Below, piece by piece: positions 1 to 8,623 of a stretch of 64,000 nt of DNA; the stretch's first letter is position 1; every line of letters begins with the position of its first letter. The stretch spans positions 23,496 to 87,495 of IMG/VR virus record IMGVR_UViG_3300038443_000257; one strand, given 5' to 3'. The position numbers and the translations under genes are program-made. The notes beneath the pieces were generated by a model. It had not been told where the DNA came from, did no database searches, and saw only the letters and a program-made list of their open reading frames with translations. Source of the stretch: a virus (taxonomy: Duplodnaviria; Caudoviricetes).

Positions 1-453
1 GCGCTTGTTGTGAGCATCGTGCAGAGCCTGTGCCATCGAAGTGAGGTTATCATTCGTCTGTGCGCCCCTCACATCTTTAGCCAAATCTTCAAGTGGCTTT
101 AGCGCAGCGTCAATTTTAGCCTGATCCTCTTGCTTGTCATTCTTCACAAGCGTGAGGTTGGTTGCAGCACTATCGTCAAGCTTGCGGGCTTTGATGTTAG
201 TTTTGGGCAGACGGGCGCGCACCAAGAATTCCTCCGCTGGGAGATTATGTTGCTTTGCATACTCCTGCACGATCTTGTGTGCGATGCTGATATCGACCGG
301 GGAGCTAGCACGAAAATAGTCGATCCCGATTTCAGTCTCAGTATCCCGATCACTGAAGATAGCCTTGAGACGACCATTGTTCAGAGAGTTTGCGTCAACG
401 AACATTGGAACGTTGGACACAGGTGCCAGTCGAACAACCATTTGCTTTGCCAT
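1..453 (-). CDS. hypothetical phage protein, 3' end truncated by window edge
   Basis: Hand translation from ATG at 453 (MAKQMVVRLAPVSNVPMFVDANSLNNGRLKAIF...) stays open to base 1; AAGGAG RBS upstream. Missing from the ORF track because it has no stop in the window. Confidence 0.8.
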   Translation of the reverse strand, partial: MAKQMVVRLAPVSNVPMFVDANSLNNGRLKAIFSDRDTETEIGIDYFRASSPVDISIAHKIVQEYAKQHNLPAEEFLVRARLPKTNIKARKLDDSAATNLTLVKNDKQEDQAKIDAALKPLEDLAKDVRGAQTNDNLTSMAQALHDAHNKR

Positions 454-556
454 GATGTTACTCCTTATATAGTGTTTGATTACGTTAGATTGCTTTGCCA
501 GCTTCGACAGCTTTGCTTCTTGTATTGCATCGCTGTGTTGCGCTGTCGATGAATGC

Positions 557-586
557 ATCTTATCGCTACTTATATTCGGCTGTCAA
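557..586 (-). promoter_or_regulatory. sigma70-like promoter for the ORF starting at 453
   Basis: Minus strand TTGACA-18 nt-TAAGAT. Confidence 0.55.
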
Positions 587-1234
587 GAATTTTTTCGTAC
601 AACCCCTATCTTTCTGTTCAGAATCGTGCTAGGCAGTGAATTTCCACATCTCACCTGTATGCATAAACAGTTGTTATACTGTCCACGTAAGCCAACTCCT
701 ACAACATTCTTACAATTCTCACCAAAAAGCGTGAGAATTTGCTGTACATCCACAAAAGAAAGGCGTAACGTGATTGTAATTCTTACGAACCCTATCTTCT
801 GTGAGGTAGATAACGCTCAAACAACGATGACGCCCTATCAGAACTACTAGGGCACATGTGGAACATGTCTCGTCACACAGGCGTAACATGACATATAGGG
901 GAAATGTCTCCCAGCTTGTTAACTCTCTTGGATGAGGGTAAGGGAGAGTATTGTCCGCAGGGGCACAGCCACTGAGGAATTCAGTGGGTAGGGCGATCTA
1001 TCGTCTTTTGAAAGCTGCTCTAGAAGCGGCAGGGGAGGGGCTTGCCCGGAGAGAGGAGAAATGGATAGGGATGGTACGTTTTCAGAAACGTGTTTTTGAG
1101 GATGATGAACGGGCAAGAGGGGCAAGCTCCACACAGTTTCCCGGTAGAGCCTACCCTATGCGTTGATCCCAAGGGTGCTACGTCAGTGGTTCGGCACCTA
1201 ATTTTTACTTGTATTCATTTCTAGGATTTAGAAA

Positions 1235-1864
1235 TCATTTATTAGCCAGAGCAACCATACGCTGCCCAAAAAACACAACTTTCTGTGCGTCGTACAAACC
1301 ATCATCGTAACCTTTCTTTGCCACGCCAAGTTTACGGGCAGCACAAGAGCGCCAAATAGCCTTGAACGCATTCCCTTCTGCGTAGTTCATACCAAGAGCT
1401 TCAATGATATCGTTACACTCAGCGATGTACGGGTCTTTGTCAGGATCGGTTGGTTTGTCTACGGGCACGGTGTAGTAGCTGACGGAACCACCCGTGTACT
1501 CATCGTCTTGTTGTTCCACTTCTTCCTCTACAATTTCAAATCGGTGTTGCGACCAAGAGCATTTCATACCTTCAAGATAGAAATCGCATGCATCGTTCCA
1601 CACGTTTTCGCCAATCGCAGTGTAAACTTTTCCTTCCTCAAGCTGTTCTTCTGCGTTCATGTTGTCAATGCAACGTACACGGAACGGAAATTTTAGTTGC
1701 TCTTTAATCACTTCGCAATGCTCAGGGCCAATACCTACGTTCTTATCCTCTACAAGTGGGTAGTAATCATAACCGCCTCGGTGCACTGGCTTGCTCTCCA
1801 CTTCGTATTCTTCCCCCACTTTGTACCAGTTGTCATCTGTGACACGGGTTACTCGTACTCGCAT
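1235..1864 (-). CDS. phage protein with C-terminal DUF3310 / T7 gp1.7-like domain
   Basis: C-terminal YTGGSVSYY...ECNDIIEALGMNYAEGNAFKAIWR...YDAQKVVFF resembles DUF3310; two short SH3-like segments at the N-terminus; AGGAGG RBS. Confidence 0.65.
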   Translation of the reverse strand: MRVRVTRVTDDNWYKVGEEYEVESKPVHRGGYDYYPLVEDKNVGIGPEHCEVIKEQLKFPFRVRCIDNMNAEEQLEEGKVYTAIGENVWNDACDFYLEGMKCSWSQHRFEIVEEEVEQQDDEYTGGSVSYYTVPVDKPTDPDKDPYIAECNDIIEALGMNYAEGNAFKAIWRSCAARKLGVAKKGYDDGLYDAQKVVFFGQRMVALANK

Positions 1865-1896
1865 GATTCCCTCCTAAAATTGTTGTGAACGGGTGT

Positions 1897-1925
1897 ATGA
1901 TGGCACAGAACAACATTCGTGTCAA
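1897..1925 (-). promoter_or_regulatory. leftward sigma70-like promoter of a divergent pair
   Basis: Minus strand TTGACA-17-CATCAT. Confidence 0.45.
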
Positions 1926-1970
1926 GAGTATTCTGCGTAAGAATGTTAGATCAAACTCTTAAAAATGTTG

Positions 1971-1999
1971 TTGACATGCGCTTCGTCGCAGCCTACAAT
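1971..1999 (+). promoter_or_regulatory. rightward sigma70-like early promoter
   Basis: TTGACA-17-TACAAT immediately upstream of the + strand gene array. Confidence 0.75.
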
Positions 2000-2026
2000 A
2001 AGCGAACATTTTGATAAGGGGGATGT

Positions 2027-2296
2027 ATGAAAGGGTATCCAGTAGGTAGTTTGGTTGTTTTGCAGAACTGTACAAGGATTCCGGAGTTAAATGATGTGGA
2101 ATGTACAATCACAGCACCACTTGAAAGTAGGCTTACAATGATAGGGGAGATAGAAGCTTATCTAGTAGATTTTAAATATCATGGACACCAAGTAGCTCCG
2201 CAGAGGTGTCAAGTGCGCCTTAAGAAACTTCCGCCCGACGAAGCATTTGATAAGTTTCTTAACAACCTTAAGCAGCCAGTGGAGGAAACGGTATGA
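2027..2296 (+). CDS. hypothetical protein
   Basis: 89-aa ORF with RBS; ATGA overlap with the next gene. Confidence 0.75.
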   Translation: MKGYPVGSLVVLQNCTRIPELNDVECTITAPLESRLTMIGEIEAYLVDFKYHGHQVAPQRCQVRLKKLPPDEAFDKFLNNLKQPVEETV

Positions 2297-2592
2297 GTGT
2301 AGACGAGCTTAAAAACGATCTGTTTGATCGGGCATGGAACAACGAGTGTGACGGGCTTTGTGAAGAACATAGAGGCGAATGTAAAGTTGTGAGTGTAAGG
2401 GCTTGTAAGGTAGATTGGTGGTTCTCATACTGTGACGTAGCTATTGCAGAGGACACACGCAGAGGGTTGATTGTTACTGTGCATAATCTTGCCAAGATGT
2501 CTCGTGTAGAAGATACCCGCACACCAGATCAACGTGCCAAGGACGAGCTTTCCCATAATTTGCAGAAGCCTTACAACGTAGATGACCGATGA
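2293..2592 (+). CDS. hypothetical protein
   Basis: 99-aa ORF, GGAGG RBS, translationally coupled. Confidence 0.7.
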   Translation: MSVDELKNDLFDRAWNNECDGLCEEHRGECKVVSVRACKVDWWFSYCDVAIAEDTRRGLIVTVHNLAKMSRVEDTRTPDQRAKDELSHNLQKPYNVDDR

Positions 2593-2599
2593 CACAAAC

Positions 2600-2628
2600 T
2601 TGACATCAACTCAATGTTGTGGTAAGAT
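2600..2628 (+). promoter_or_regulatory. sigma70-like promoter
   Basis: TTGACA-17-TAAGAT with extended -10 TG. Confidence 0.65.
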
Positions 2629-2654
2629 AACATCTTTAACGATAAGAGGATGTT

Positions 2655-2843
2655 ATGGACTACAAGAATTGTACCGTCGAAGAGTTGGCAGACTACGTAG
2701 AGCAAAGCCCAGCCGCGCGCATCACACAACAGATGATTTACTATCGTGATCGAGGCGTGCAGGAAATGGTTGACAAGATTGCTGAGGCTCGCAAGATTGT
2801 AAAGCGCCGTAAGCTCAAACGCCAGTTGGAGGCGATGGAGTAA
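2655..2843 (+). CDS. hypothetical protein
   Basis: 62-aa ORF with GAGG RBS. Confidence 0.7.
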   Translation: MDYKNCTVEELADYVEQSPAARITQQMIYYRDRGVQEMVDKIAEARKIVKRRKLKRQLEAME

Positions 2844-2844
2844 G

Positions 2845-3600
2845 ATGGTTAGAGTTGAACAAGACCCGTTCATAGGGCAAAGGTTTGGTGAGGAGGGGCA
2901 GTTAGAAGTTATAGGGAAAAGTGACAGGCGATATAGGGATTGCTTTCCTTACTATTTCGTCCACTGTACTATATGTAAAAATGATCCAGAGCTTCATGGA
3001 GATGCCATTTACGAGTGTTTCAAGTCAGCATTAAACAATGGCAAGTACCCTTGTGGATGTAGTTCCAGACCTTTCTGGAGTCAGGCGCAATACCGAACAC
3101 TTATTAACAGGGCCTGCGAAAAGAAGCGTGTAAAATTAATATCCGCTGACGATATTATAACAGCAGACTCAAAGCTTACACTTTGTTGCGAAGCAGGACA
3201 TATTTGGAGCACTACGAAGGTCGTAACTTTTGTAAGAGACAAGCACACTTGTGCATCTTGCTCGCAGAGAGGTTTTGACAAAAACAAGGCAGGATACGTC
3301 TACATATTGAAAATTTGCTCTGAAAGCCAAGGGTTTACCGGATACGGTATTACCGGGAATTTAAATAAAAGGCTCAGCACCCACGCAAGAAATCTTAAAA
3401 AGTTAGGAATGTCTATAGTAGACAGCCGAACGTTTGATATTGAAAGCGGAACGGTGGTGCAAGAAGTGGAAGAATCAATAAAAAAGATGTTTCCCACAGT
3501 TCGGCAGAACGTAGAGGGTTTTGCTAAAGAGGCCACTTATTTGGATTTATATGAAGATGTAGTGACTTTTGTAGAGGAGAAGATTTGTGAACTTATTTAA
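2845..3600 (+). CDS. putative homing endonuclease (Cys-rich N-terminus, C-terminal GIY-YIG/T5orf172-like domain)
   Basis: CxxC motifs followed by GFDKNKAGYVYIL...GYGIT...R...E; paralogous C-terminus in ORFs 48008 and 54900. Confidence 0.7.
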   Translation: MVRVEQDPFIGQRFGEEGQLEVIGKSDRRYRDCFPYYFVHCTICKNDPELHGDAIYECFKSALNNGKYPCGCSSRPFWSQAQYRTLINRACEKKRVKLISADDIITADSKLTLCCEAGHIWSTTKVVTFVRDKHTCASCSQRGFDKNKAGYVYILKICSESQGFTGYGITGNLNKRLSTHARNLKKLGMSIVDSRTFDIESGTVVQEVEESIKKMFPTVRQNVEGFAKEATYLDLYEDVVTFVEEKICELI

Positions 3601-3627
3601 ACTTGGCTTTGGAAATGACAGGGAGCG

Positions 3628-3798
3628 ATGATGAATTACAACGGTGACACAGAAGAGGACGTAGAAGCAAATTCTGTTGTGTCGAAGCTTATGGGTGACG
3701 ATGATCTTGAGGGAGTGCAGAAGTTTATTGCGGCAGACTATTTTGCTTGGGGTTGGGAAGCTGCTATGGATTTCGTGAAGAAGAAAGGGCAAAGTTGA
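3628..3798 (+). CDS. small hypothetical protein (56 aa)
   Basis: Hand translation MMNYNGDTEEDVEANS...KKKGQS; GGGAG RBS; TTGA overlap with the next gene. Confidence 0.6.
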   Translation: MMNYNGDTEEDVEANSVVSKLMGDDDLEGVQKFIAADYFAWGWEAAMDFVKKKGQS

Positions 3799-4211
3799 GC
3801 ACAAGCAATGCCCTGCTTCTGGCCCTCATGCTTGCAACAGGTGCAAATACGAAAGCTGCTGACGACATCTGCCTCAAGGCTGTAGCGTACAAGGAAGCAG
3901 GGAATCAGCCAACACGAGGGGTCGCAGCCGTGATTCAAACTATCCGACACAGGGCCAAGAAACGTAAGAAGAGCGTGTGCAGTGTTGTGCGTGAGTCACA
4001 TCAGTTTTCCTCTGTAAAGCGTGGCATGAATCTTAAGGCTGTAAAAATTCCTAAAAAGTTCTTGCACAAGTTTGCAGAGGCGAGTAAGATGCGAAGCGTT
4101 GTCAGGAGTTGTGTTGACAGTTTTCACTCAGGGGCACCGCCTAGTTGGGCAAGCAAGGGTAAGTTCGACAGGCGGATTGCAGATCATTCATTTTATTGTG
4201 TTGGTGTGTAG
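3795..4211 (+). CDS. cell wall hydrolase, SleB/Hydrolase_2 family
   Basis: Signal-like N-terminus; CLKAVAYKEAGNQ...AVIQTIRHR...QFS...IADHSFY matches the SleB catalytic-Glu pattern; probable TTG start. Confidence 0.75.
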   Translation: MSTSNALLLALMLATGANTKAADDICLKAVAYKEAGNQPTRGVAAVIQTIRHRAKKRKKSVCSVVRESHQFSSVKRGMNLKAVKIPKKFLHKFAEASKMRSVVRSCVDSFHSGAPPSWASKGKFDRRIADHSFYCVGV

Positions 4212-4219
4212 GAGGGGTT

Positions 4220-4555
4220 ATGTCAGTAAGTCACAGTGCGTTTCTTGGCATTGGTCGTCGGCTGTCAAGTGAAGAAGAGGTAAAGGAATTTCTGTTAGAG
4301 CATTATAACGGGCTTGCAAAATGTCATGTTGAACAACTGAATGCAGGTTGGGATTTTGATGAGCTTCTTCCCTATCTGGAGGTCGATGTAAATTGCCTTG
4401 ATTGCTATAATGGCGATGATTGGTTTGTTGGCTTTCGTGTTGGCAAAACTCAACAGGCTAATGAGCTTTCTGACAACGTGGCAGATGCAGTAAACCTTTG
4501 GGAGCAGGGGTTTCCCGGTGTTGAAAGTCGTGTTATTTCAGTGATTTATAGCTAA
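4220..4555 (+). CDS. hypothetical protein
   Basis: AGGAGG RBS before ATG 4220. Confidence 0.7.
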   Translation: MSVSHSAFLGIGRRLSSEEEVKEFLLEHYNGLAKCHVEQLNAGWDFDELLPYLEVDVNCLDCYNGDDWFVGFRVGKTQQANELSDNVADAVNLWEQGFPGVESRVISVIYS

Positions 4556-4571
4556 TTTTAAGGAGAAGAAG

Positions 4572-4766
4572 ATGACGAAAGAAGAAGCACAAAAAGCCAT
4601 TGCATACAAACTGGCTGAGATTAGTGTTCTGTACCAAGAATGTGCAGAAATCGCAGAGAAAGCAAACGTGTATTTTCACTATAATGGTCCAGCAGGTTAC
4701 GGTGATGGTGGTTCGTACTGGCCCGGTTACGATGAGGGCTGGTCTGCTTCGTCCCAAAGCTGCTAA
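4572..4766 (+). CDS. small protein ending W-x-x-S-S-x-x-C
   Basis: 64 aa, AAGGAG RBS; helical N-terminus, GYGDGGSY, C-terminus WSASSQSC. Confidence 0.8.
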   Translation: MTKEEAQKAIAYKLAEISVLYQECAEIAEKANVYFHYNGPAGYGDGGSYWPGYDEGWSASSQSC

Positions 4767-4794
4767 CAATTTAAATTTTTTTAAGGAGAAAATA

Positions 4795-5241
4795 ATGCAA
4801 GAAATCATTATTGATGGTGTAAATCTGAACGAGATGAAGGTTAAGCATGATGCTCTGCAAGCTGAGATGCAACAGGCTCGTAACAGTATTCGTCAAGGTG
4901 CTGCTAAGTTCATTGCTGAGAAGATTGCAGAGGGGAAGAAAATTGTAGATGAACTGCTTGAGGAAGAAAACGATAAAGAAAAGGTTGAAGACCTTGCAAG
5001 TAAAGCTTTTGATCTTTTGTCCGCAGCAAGTTTTGTTAGCGATGTTGCTGGTGTTGCGTTCGACCTGCCTTACTATGACCGTCAAAGCGATTATTACCCT
5101 GACGGTACTCCTTACAGCAATCGCTTTGACGACAACGAGAATGGGCTGATTGAGTACGACAATCCTGCTATCAGCAAACTTTGGGGTTTGCTTGAAAGCA
5201 TGGAATCTGAAGTTCAAGATTGGAACACATCTTATTGCTAA
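4795..5241 (+). CDS. acidic protein ending W-x-x-S-x-C, probable paralogue of the upstream gene
   Basis: AAGGAG RBS before ATG 4795; C-terminus WNTSYC. Confidence 0.8.
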   Translation: MQEIIIDGVNLNEMKVKHDALQAEMQQARNSIRQGAAKFIAEKIAEGKKIVDELLEEENDKEKVEDLASKAFDLLSAASFVSDVAGVAFDLPYYDRQSDYYPDGTPYSNRFDDNENGLIEYDNPAISKLWGLLESMESEVQDWNTSYC

Positions 5242-5258
5242 TGTAAAGGAAGCTTGAC

Positions 5259-6167
5259 ATGATTTTGATTGGTAGCTGCGCGTTGCAGCAGCATGTAAAA
5301 CTGCCCGATGGACGTAAGATTTCTGACCAAGACTACGTGGGTACTTACGAAGAAGCGATGGAATTGCGTAAGCAAATCAATGCAACCGTATGCTTTCCAA
5401 TCAACGGGGGAAAGTCTATCTATATGCGTGGCAAAGACGGCTCTATCGTAGAAGTGGAGATCGCTTGGCCTGACAGTATGGCAGAGCGACTTGTCAAGTT
5501 TGTTGAGTCTCAGGAGGATAATCTTACCAGTTATATTGATGTCATTATTCCGTCCCTTGACGTGCTGTACTTGTTAAAGCTTTCGCACAGGTACAAAAAA
5601 GATTCTCCACATTGGTTGAAGACTCTTCGTGACATTCAGTTCATGCGAAAGCTTGGTGCTAAGATTCGTCCTGAGCACGAAGAATTCTTAAAACAGCGGG
5701 AGAAGGAAACTTACGATAACATTCTGCCAAAACTGAGCCAAAGTAAAAATGGATTCTTTAAAGATGACATCTATACGTGGGACCACGATACTATCCATCA
5801 AGCAGTTGCTATTGGCAGTCGTCCAGCGTATCTGGAATTCAAACCTGCGGATAGCGAAGTTATGGTGAGTAAGAAGATGTGGGACGAATGTTCTGACCAA
5901 ATCAAGCTTAATGCTGCGTATGAAGAAATCTGTGTTTTATGCATTGAGCGTGCGCTGGTGCCTTTTCCTGATAAGTGGCCCAACCCTAAAAAAGCATTTG
6001 ATCTTGCACACATGAAACTCGGGAGCAGCATTAGTGGCGGGTGGTTTCGCGAGTTCGTTTACGAGAGGTACGACGACATCCAAGCGATGTACAGCGACGA
6101 GTTTGTAACTAAATTTGAACAAGGGCTTGCGACAGGTGTTGTTAAGCCACATAGAGGAGGTAAATAA
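5259..6167 (+). CDS. nucleotidyltransferase-fold phage protein
   Basis: N-terminal ILIGS...SDQDY (GS...DxD Pol-beta superfamily signature); also LKLSHR, DHDTIH, EEICVLCIER, GWFREF. Confidence 0.65.
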   Translation: MILIGSCALQQHVKLPDGRKISDQDYVGTYEEAMELRKQINATVCFPINGGKSIYMRGKDGSIVEVEIAWPDSMAERLVKFVESQEDNLTSYIDVIIPSLDVLYLLKLSHRYKKDSPHWLKTLRDIQFMRKLGAKIRPEHEEFLKQREKETYDNILPKLSQSKNGFFKDDIYTWDHDTIHQAVAIGSRPAYLEFKPADSEVMVSKKMWDECSDQIKLNAAYEEICVLCIERALVPFPDKWPNPKKAFDLAHMKLGSSISGGWFREFVYERYDDIQAMYSDEFVTKFEQGLATGVVKPHRGGK

Positions 6168-6379
6168 TGAAATCTTATGTAGAAGTGGCAGTAACAATCT
6201 ATAAGAATATTCTTGTTGAGGTTGAACATGGAGCTGAACACCACGAAGACGAGATTGTTGATATGGCTGTGGATGCACTGGATGCACCTGCCGATTCTGT
6301 GATTGAGGTGACGGGAGTGCTAGACAAGAAGCCTAGCGATAGAGACATGGCACTGTATGATGAGTTTCAGGAGGTATGA
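6167..6379 (+). CDS. hypothetical protein
   Basis: 70-aa acidic ORF, AGGAGG RBS. Confidence 0.7.
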   Translation: MKSYVEVAVTIYKNILVEVEHGAEHHEDEIVDMAVDALDAPADSVIEVTGVLDKKPSDRDMALYDEFQEV

Positions 6380-6582
6380 TGAACGACAACCTAATGAAAA
6401 ACTTTGAAGCACGTATGGCAGACAAGAAAGCTAACAAGCCTGTGCTGCACGACTTCACGGCAGAATTCAAAATTGGGCTGAAAGCGATTGACGAAGAGAC
6501 GGCACAACAAACTGTCGATATCATTAGTAAGCATCTTGAGAGTTTTGAGGATATTGAGAGTGCTAAGGGGGTGTTGAAGTGA
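6376..6582 (+). CDS. hypothetical protein
   Basis: 68-aa coupled ORF. Confidence 0.65.
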   Translation: MMNDNLMKNFEARMADKKANKPVLHDFTAEFKIGLKAIDEETAQQTVDIISKHLESFEDIESAKGVLK

Positions 6583-6893
6583 AAAAGACAATCCGAGTCG
6601 TCATCGAAAAAGAATACGAAATCGAACTGAAAGACAACATTCTTACACAAGAAAACATCAAAGAGTTTGAGTCTTACATGTGGGAACTTGATGGTGATAC
6701 GCTGGAAGCGAAACAGGAAGAACTGTTCAAGTTTGCTGCACGCCAAATTGCAGAGTATGACGTAGATTTTGTAGAAGGTTTGGGCAACGTCTGCAAGGCT
6801 AGTATGGTGGGGTATTATGAACGAAACGGCGCTGTCATGAATGTTGTGTGGAATGACACGTATGAAGATGTTGAGACGGAGGTGGTGGGGTGA
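6579..6893 (+). CDS. hypothetical protein
   Basis: 104-aa coupled ORF (GTG start). Confidence 0.7.
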   Translation: MKKTIRVVIEKEYEIELKDNILTQENIKEFESYMWELDGDTLEAKQEELFKFAARQIAEYDVDFVEGLGNVCKASMVGYYERNGAVMNVVWNDTYEDVETEVVG

Positions 6894-7186
6894 CACACGA
6901 AGAACGCCTAGCAGGCCTAGACCGCTATGATCTTACAAATGTTATCGAGCTTGCAAAGAAAAAGCTTGCTGTGTTGCAAGACGCAGATAAAGAAGAATAT
7001 TATGTTGTGTCCGATGAATGGACCAACATTGGATTTTTCCGCAAAGATAATCTTGAGGGCGCTATTAAGATTATGACAGAGGTGTTACGTGGTGGTGCTG
7101 TCAAGGAGCGGGGAGATTATGTGCAGATTCAACTGCAACGTTGGTATGCGGATGAAGTGGAAGATTTGGTAAAGGGGCATGAATGA
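6890..7186 (+). CDS. hypothetical protein
   Basis: 98-aa coupled ORF. Confidence 0.7.
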   Translation: MTHEERLAGLDRYDLTNVIELAKKKLAVLQDADKEEYYVVSDEWTNIGFFRKDNLEGAIKIMTEVLRGGAVKERGDYVQIQLQRWYADEVEDLVKGHE

Positions 7187-8163
7187 TTGAATGTAGAGGT
7201 AAAGGAAGTGTTGCACGAATCCTCAAGGACAGTGTAAGTCCTTCCGGACATCGGCTTACGACGATGGAAATTGAAGTGCCCCGCATTGTATGGTGCGAAT
7301 TCCTCACACACGGCATGCTTGCTCGTAATGCACATAGTAGCCGAGCTATTCCGTTCAATAAGATGATTGAGCAGCTTACGGGTAAGCCTGTGCGATTTGG
7401 CGAGGCTAACAAAGGTATGCAGGATAAGGGCGAAGAGTTTGGCAACCTCATCAAGATTGTTCGGCACTCCGGAACTTATTTGTACACCCCGCAAGAAGCA
7501 TGGGAATTAGCTAAAGAAGATGCTGTTGAGTGGTCAAAAGCATATTATGAAGCGGGATACCATAAACAAGTTTACAACCGCCTAACTGAAGCATTTCAAA
7601 TGATTAAGGCTGTTGTGTCTGCTACGGAGTGGGACAACTACTATTGGCTTCGTGACGATGTTGCAGCCGATCCAACTCTTCACGATCTGGCTAGTACAAT
7701 GCGTAAGGCTCATGAGCAAAGTGTTCCGCAACTGCTTCAACCGGGTGAATGGCACCTACCGTACGTCGATGAAACTCGGGTAAATGGACAACAGTTTTTC
7801 TATATTGTAGATGCTGAAGGTGTTGAACATTTTGTATCACTGGAGCAGGCAATTAAAGTATCTTCGGCCCGAACAGGCGCAGTTTCGTTCCGTGCTGTTG
7901 ATTACGGCCTTGAACAATGTTTGCGAGTGTACGACAAGCTTGTTGGTGACGATAGGAAGCATGCTTCTGCTATGCAGCATCAGGCAACGCCGATGAAAGA
8001 TGCGCATTTCCTTAATGGTGTCAATATTGCAGGCATTGCTTCTACTTGGGAGCCCGGTGTTAGCCACGCCGACCGTGAAGGTGGCCTTTGGAGTGCACAG
8101 TTCTGCGGATGGATCATGAATCGTAAACGTATTCCGGGCGAGAATTACAAGGCACCAAAATAA
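7183..8163 (+). CDS. thyX: flavin-dependent thymidylate synthase (phage type)
   Basis: DSVSPSGHRLTTME...EFLTHGMLARNAHSSRAIP...HKQVYNRLTE...WHLPY...HASAMQHQATP follows the phage ThyX pattern. Confidence 0.85.
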   Translation: MIECRGKGSVARILKDSVSPSGHRLTTMEIEVPRIVWCEFLTHGMLARNAHSSRAIPFNKMIEQLTGKPVRFGEANKGMQDKGEEFGNLIKIVRHSGTYLYTPQEAWELAKEDAVEWSKAYYEAGYHKQVYNRLTEAFQMIKAVVSATEWDNYYWLRDDVAADPTLHDLASTMRKAHEQSVPQLLQPGEWHLPYVDETRVNGQQFFYIVDAEGVEHFVSLEQAIKVSSARTGAVSFRAVDYGLEQCLRVYDKLVGDDRKHASAMQHQATPMKDAHFLNGVNIAGIASTWEPGVSHADREGGLWSAQFCGWIMNRKRIPGENYKAPK

Positions 8164-8167
8164 GGTG

Positions 8168-8196
8168 TTGACAAGCCTCTCAACCTCCGCCATAAT
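8168..8196 (+). promoter_or_regulatory. sigma70-like promoter of a single-gene cassette
   Basis: TTGACA-17-CATAAT. Confidence 0.7.
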
Positions 8197-8248
8197 TCTT
8201 TCGTGCTCTACAAGGCACATTTCTAAAACAACTAAGAAAGGTAACACC

Positions 8249-8608
8249 ATGAAGAAAATTATCACCGCTCTGTTCCTGTCCATGCTGGCCTCGTCGGCAT
8301 TCGCGCAAATCGCTGTCTCGGCATCTTACGAAGCCCCTACACTGGCATCGGATGCAAAAGATGGTCGGCGCCCTGCTCCGTCGCTGAGCGATTGCTGTGG
8401 CGTTCCTGTGTCTGCTACGGCTGTTGCTTCGGATGTCTCTGCCCCGTCCGTTGGCGCAATGGGCTGCTGCGGTGTCCCTGTCTCGGCTCCTCAGTATGCC
8501 AAGAAAGATGAAGACAATTCGGATTCGTTGGCAATGGCAGGCTTGGGCTTCGGCCTGTTTGGTCTGGTAGGTGTGAGCAAGCTGGCTCGTCGGAAGAAGC
8601 AGAAGTAA
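8249..8608 (+). CDS. secreted, C-terminally anchored protein with two CCGVPVSA repeats and a PEP-CTERM-like tail
   Basis: Sec signal MKKIITALFLSMLASSAFA; CCGVPVSA twice; C-terminal LAMAGLGFGLFGLVGV plus RRKKQK. Confidence 0.75.
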   Translation: MKKIITALFLSMLASSAFAQIAVSASYEAPTLASDAKDGRRPAPSLSDCCGVPVSATAVASDVSAPSVGAMGCCGVPVSAPQYAKKDEDNSDSLAMAGLGFGLFGLVGVSKLARRKKQK

Positions 8609-8623
8609 TGTTCTAGCGAACAT

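Noticed and set aside
130-1166. ORF-track entries 130-552, 476-850, 919-1134 and 951-1166
   Set aside because: No RBS and atypical composition; 130-552 is the antisense shadow of the real minus-strand ORF starting at 453.
8165-8248. N-terminal extension of the CCGVPVSA protein given by the ORF track (similar over-extensions at 4600, 21832, 23177, 31463, 31626)
   Set aside because: The extensions overlap promoters or upstream genes; better RBS-supported downstream starts were used.
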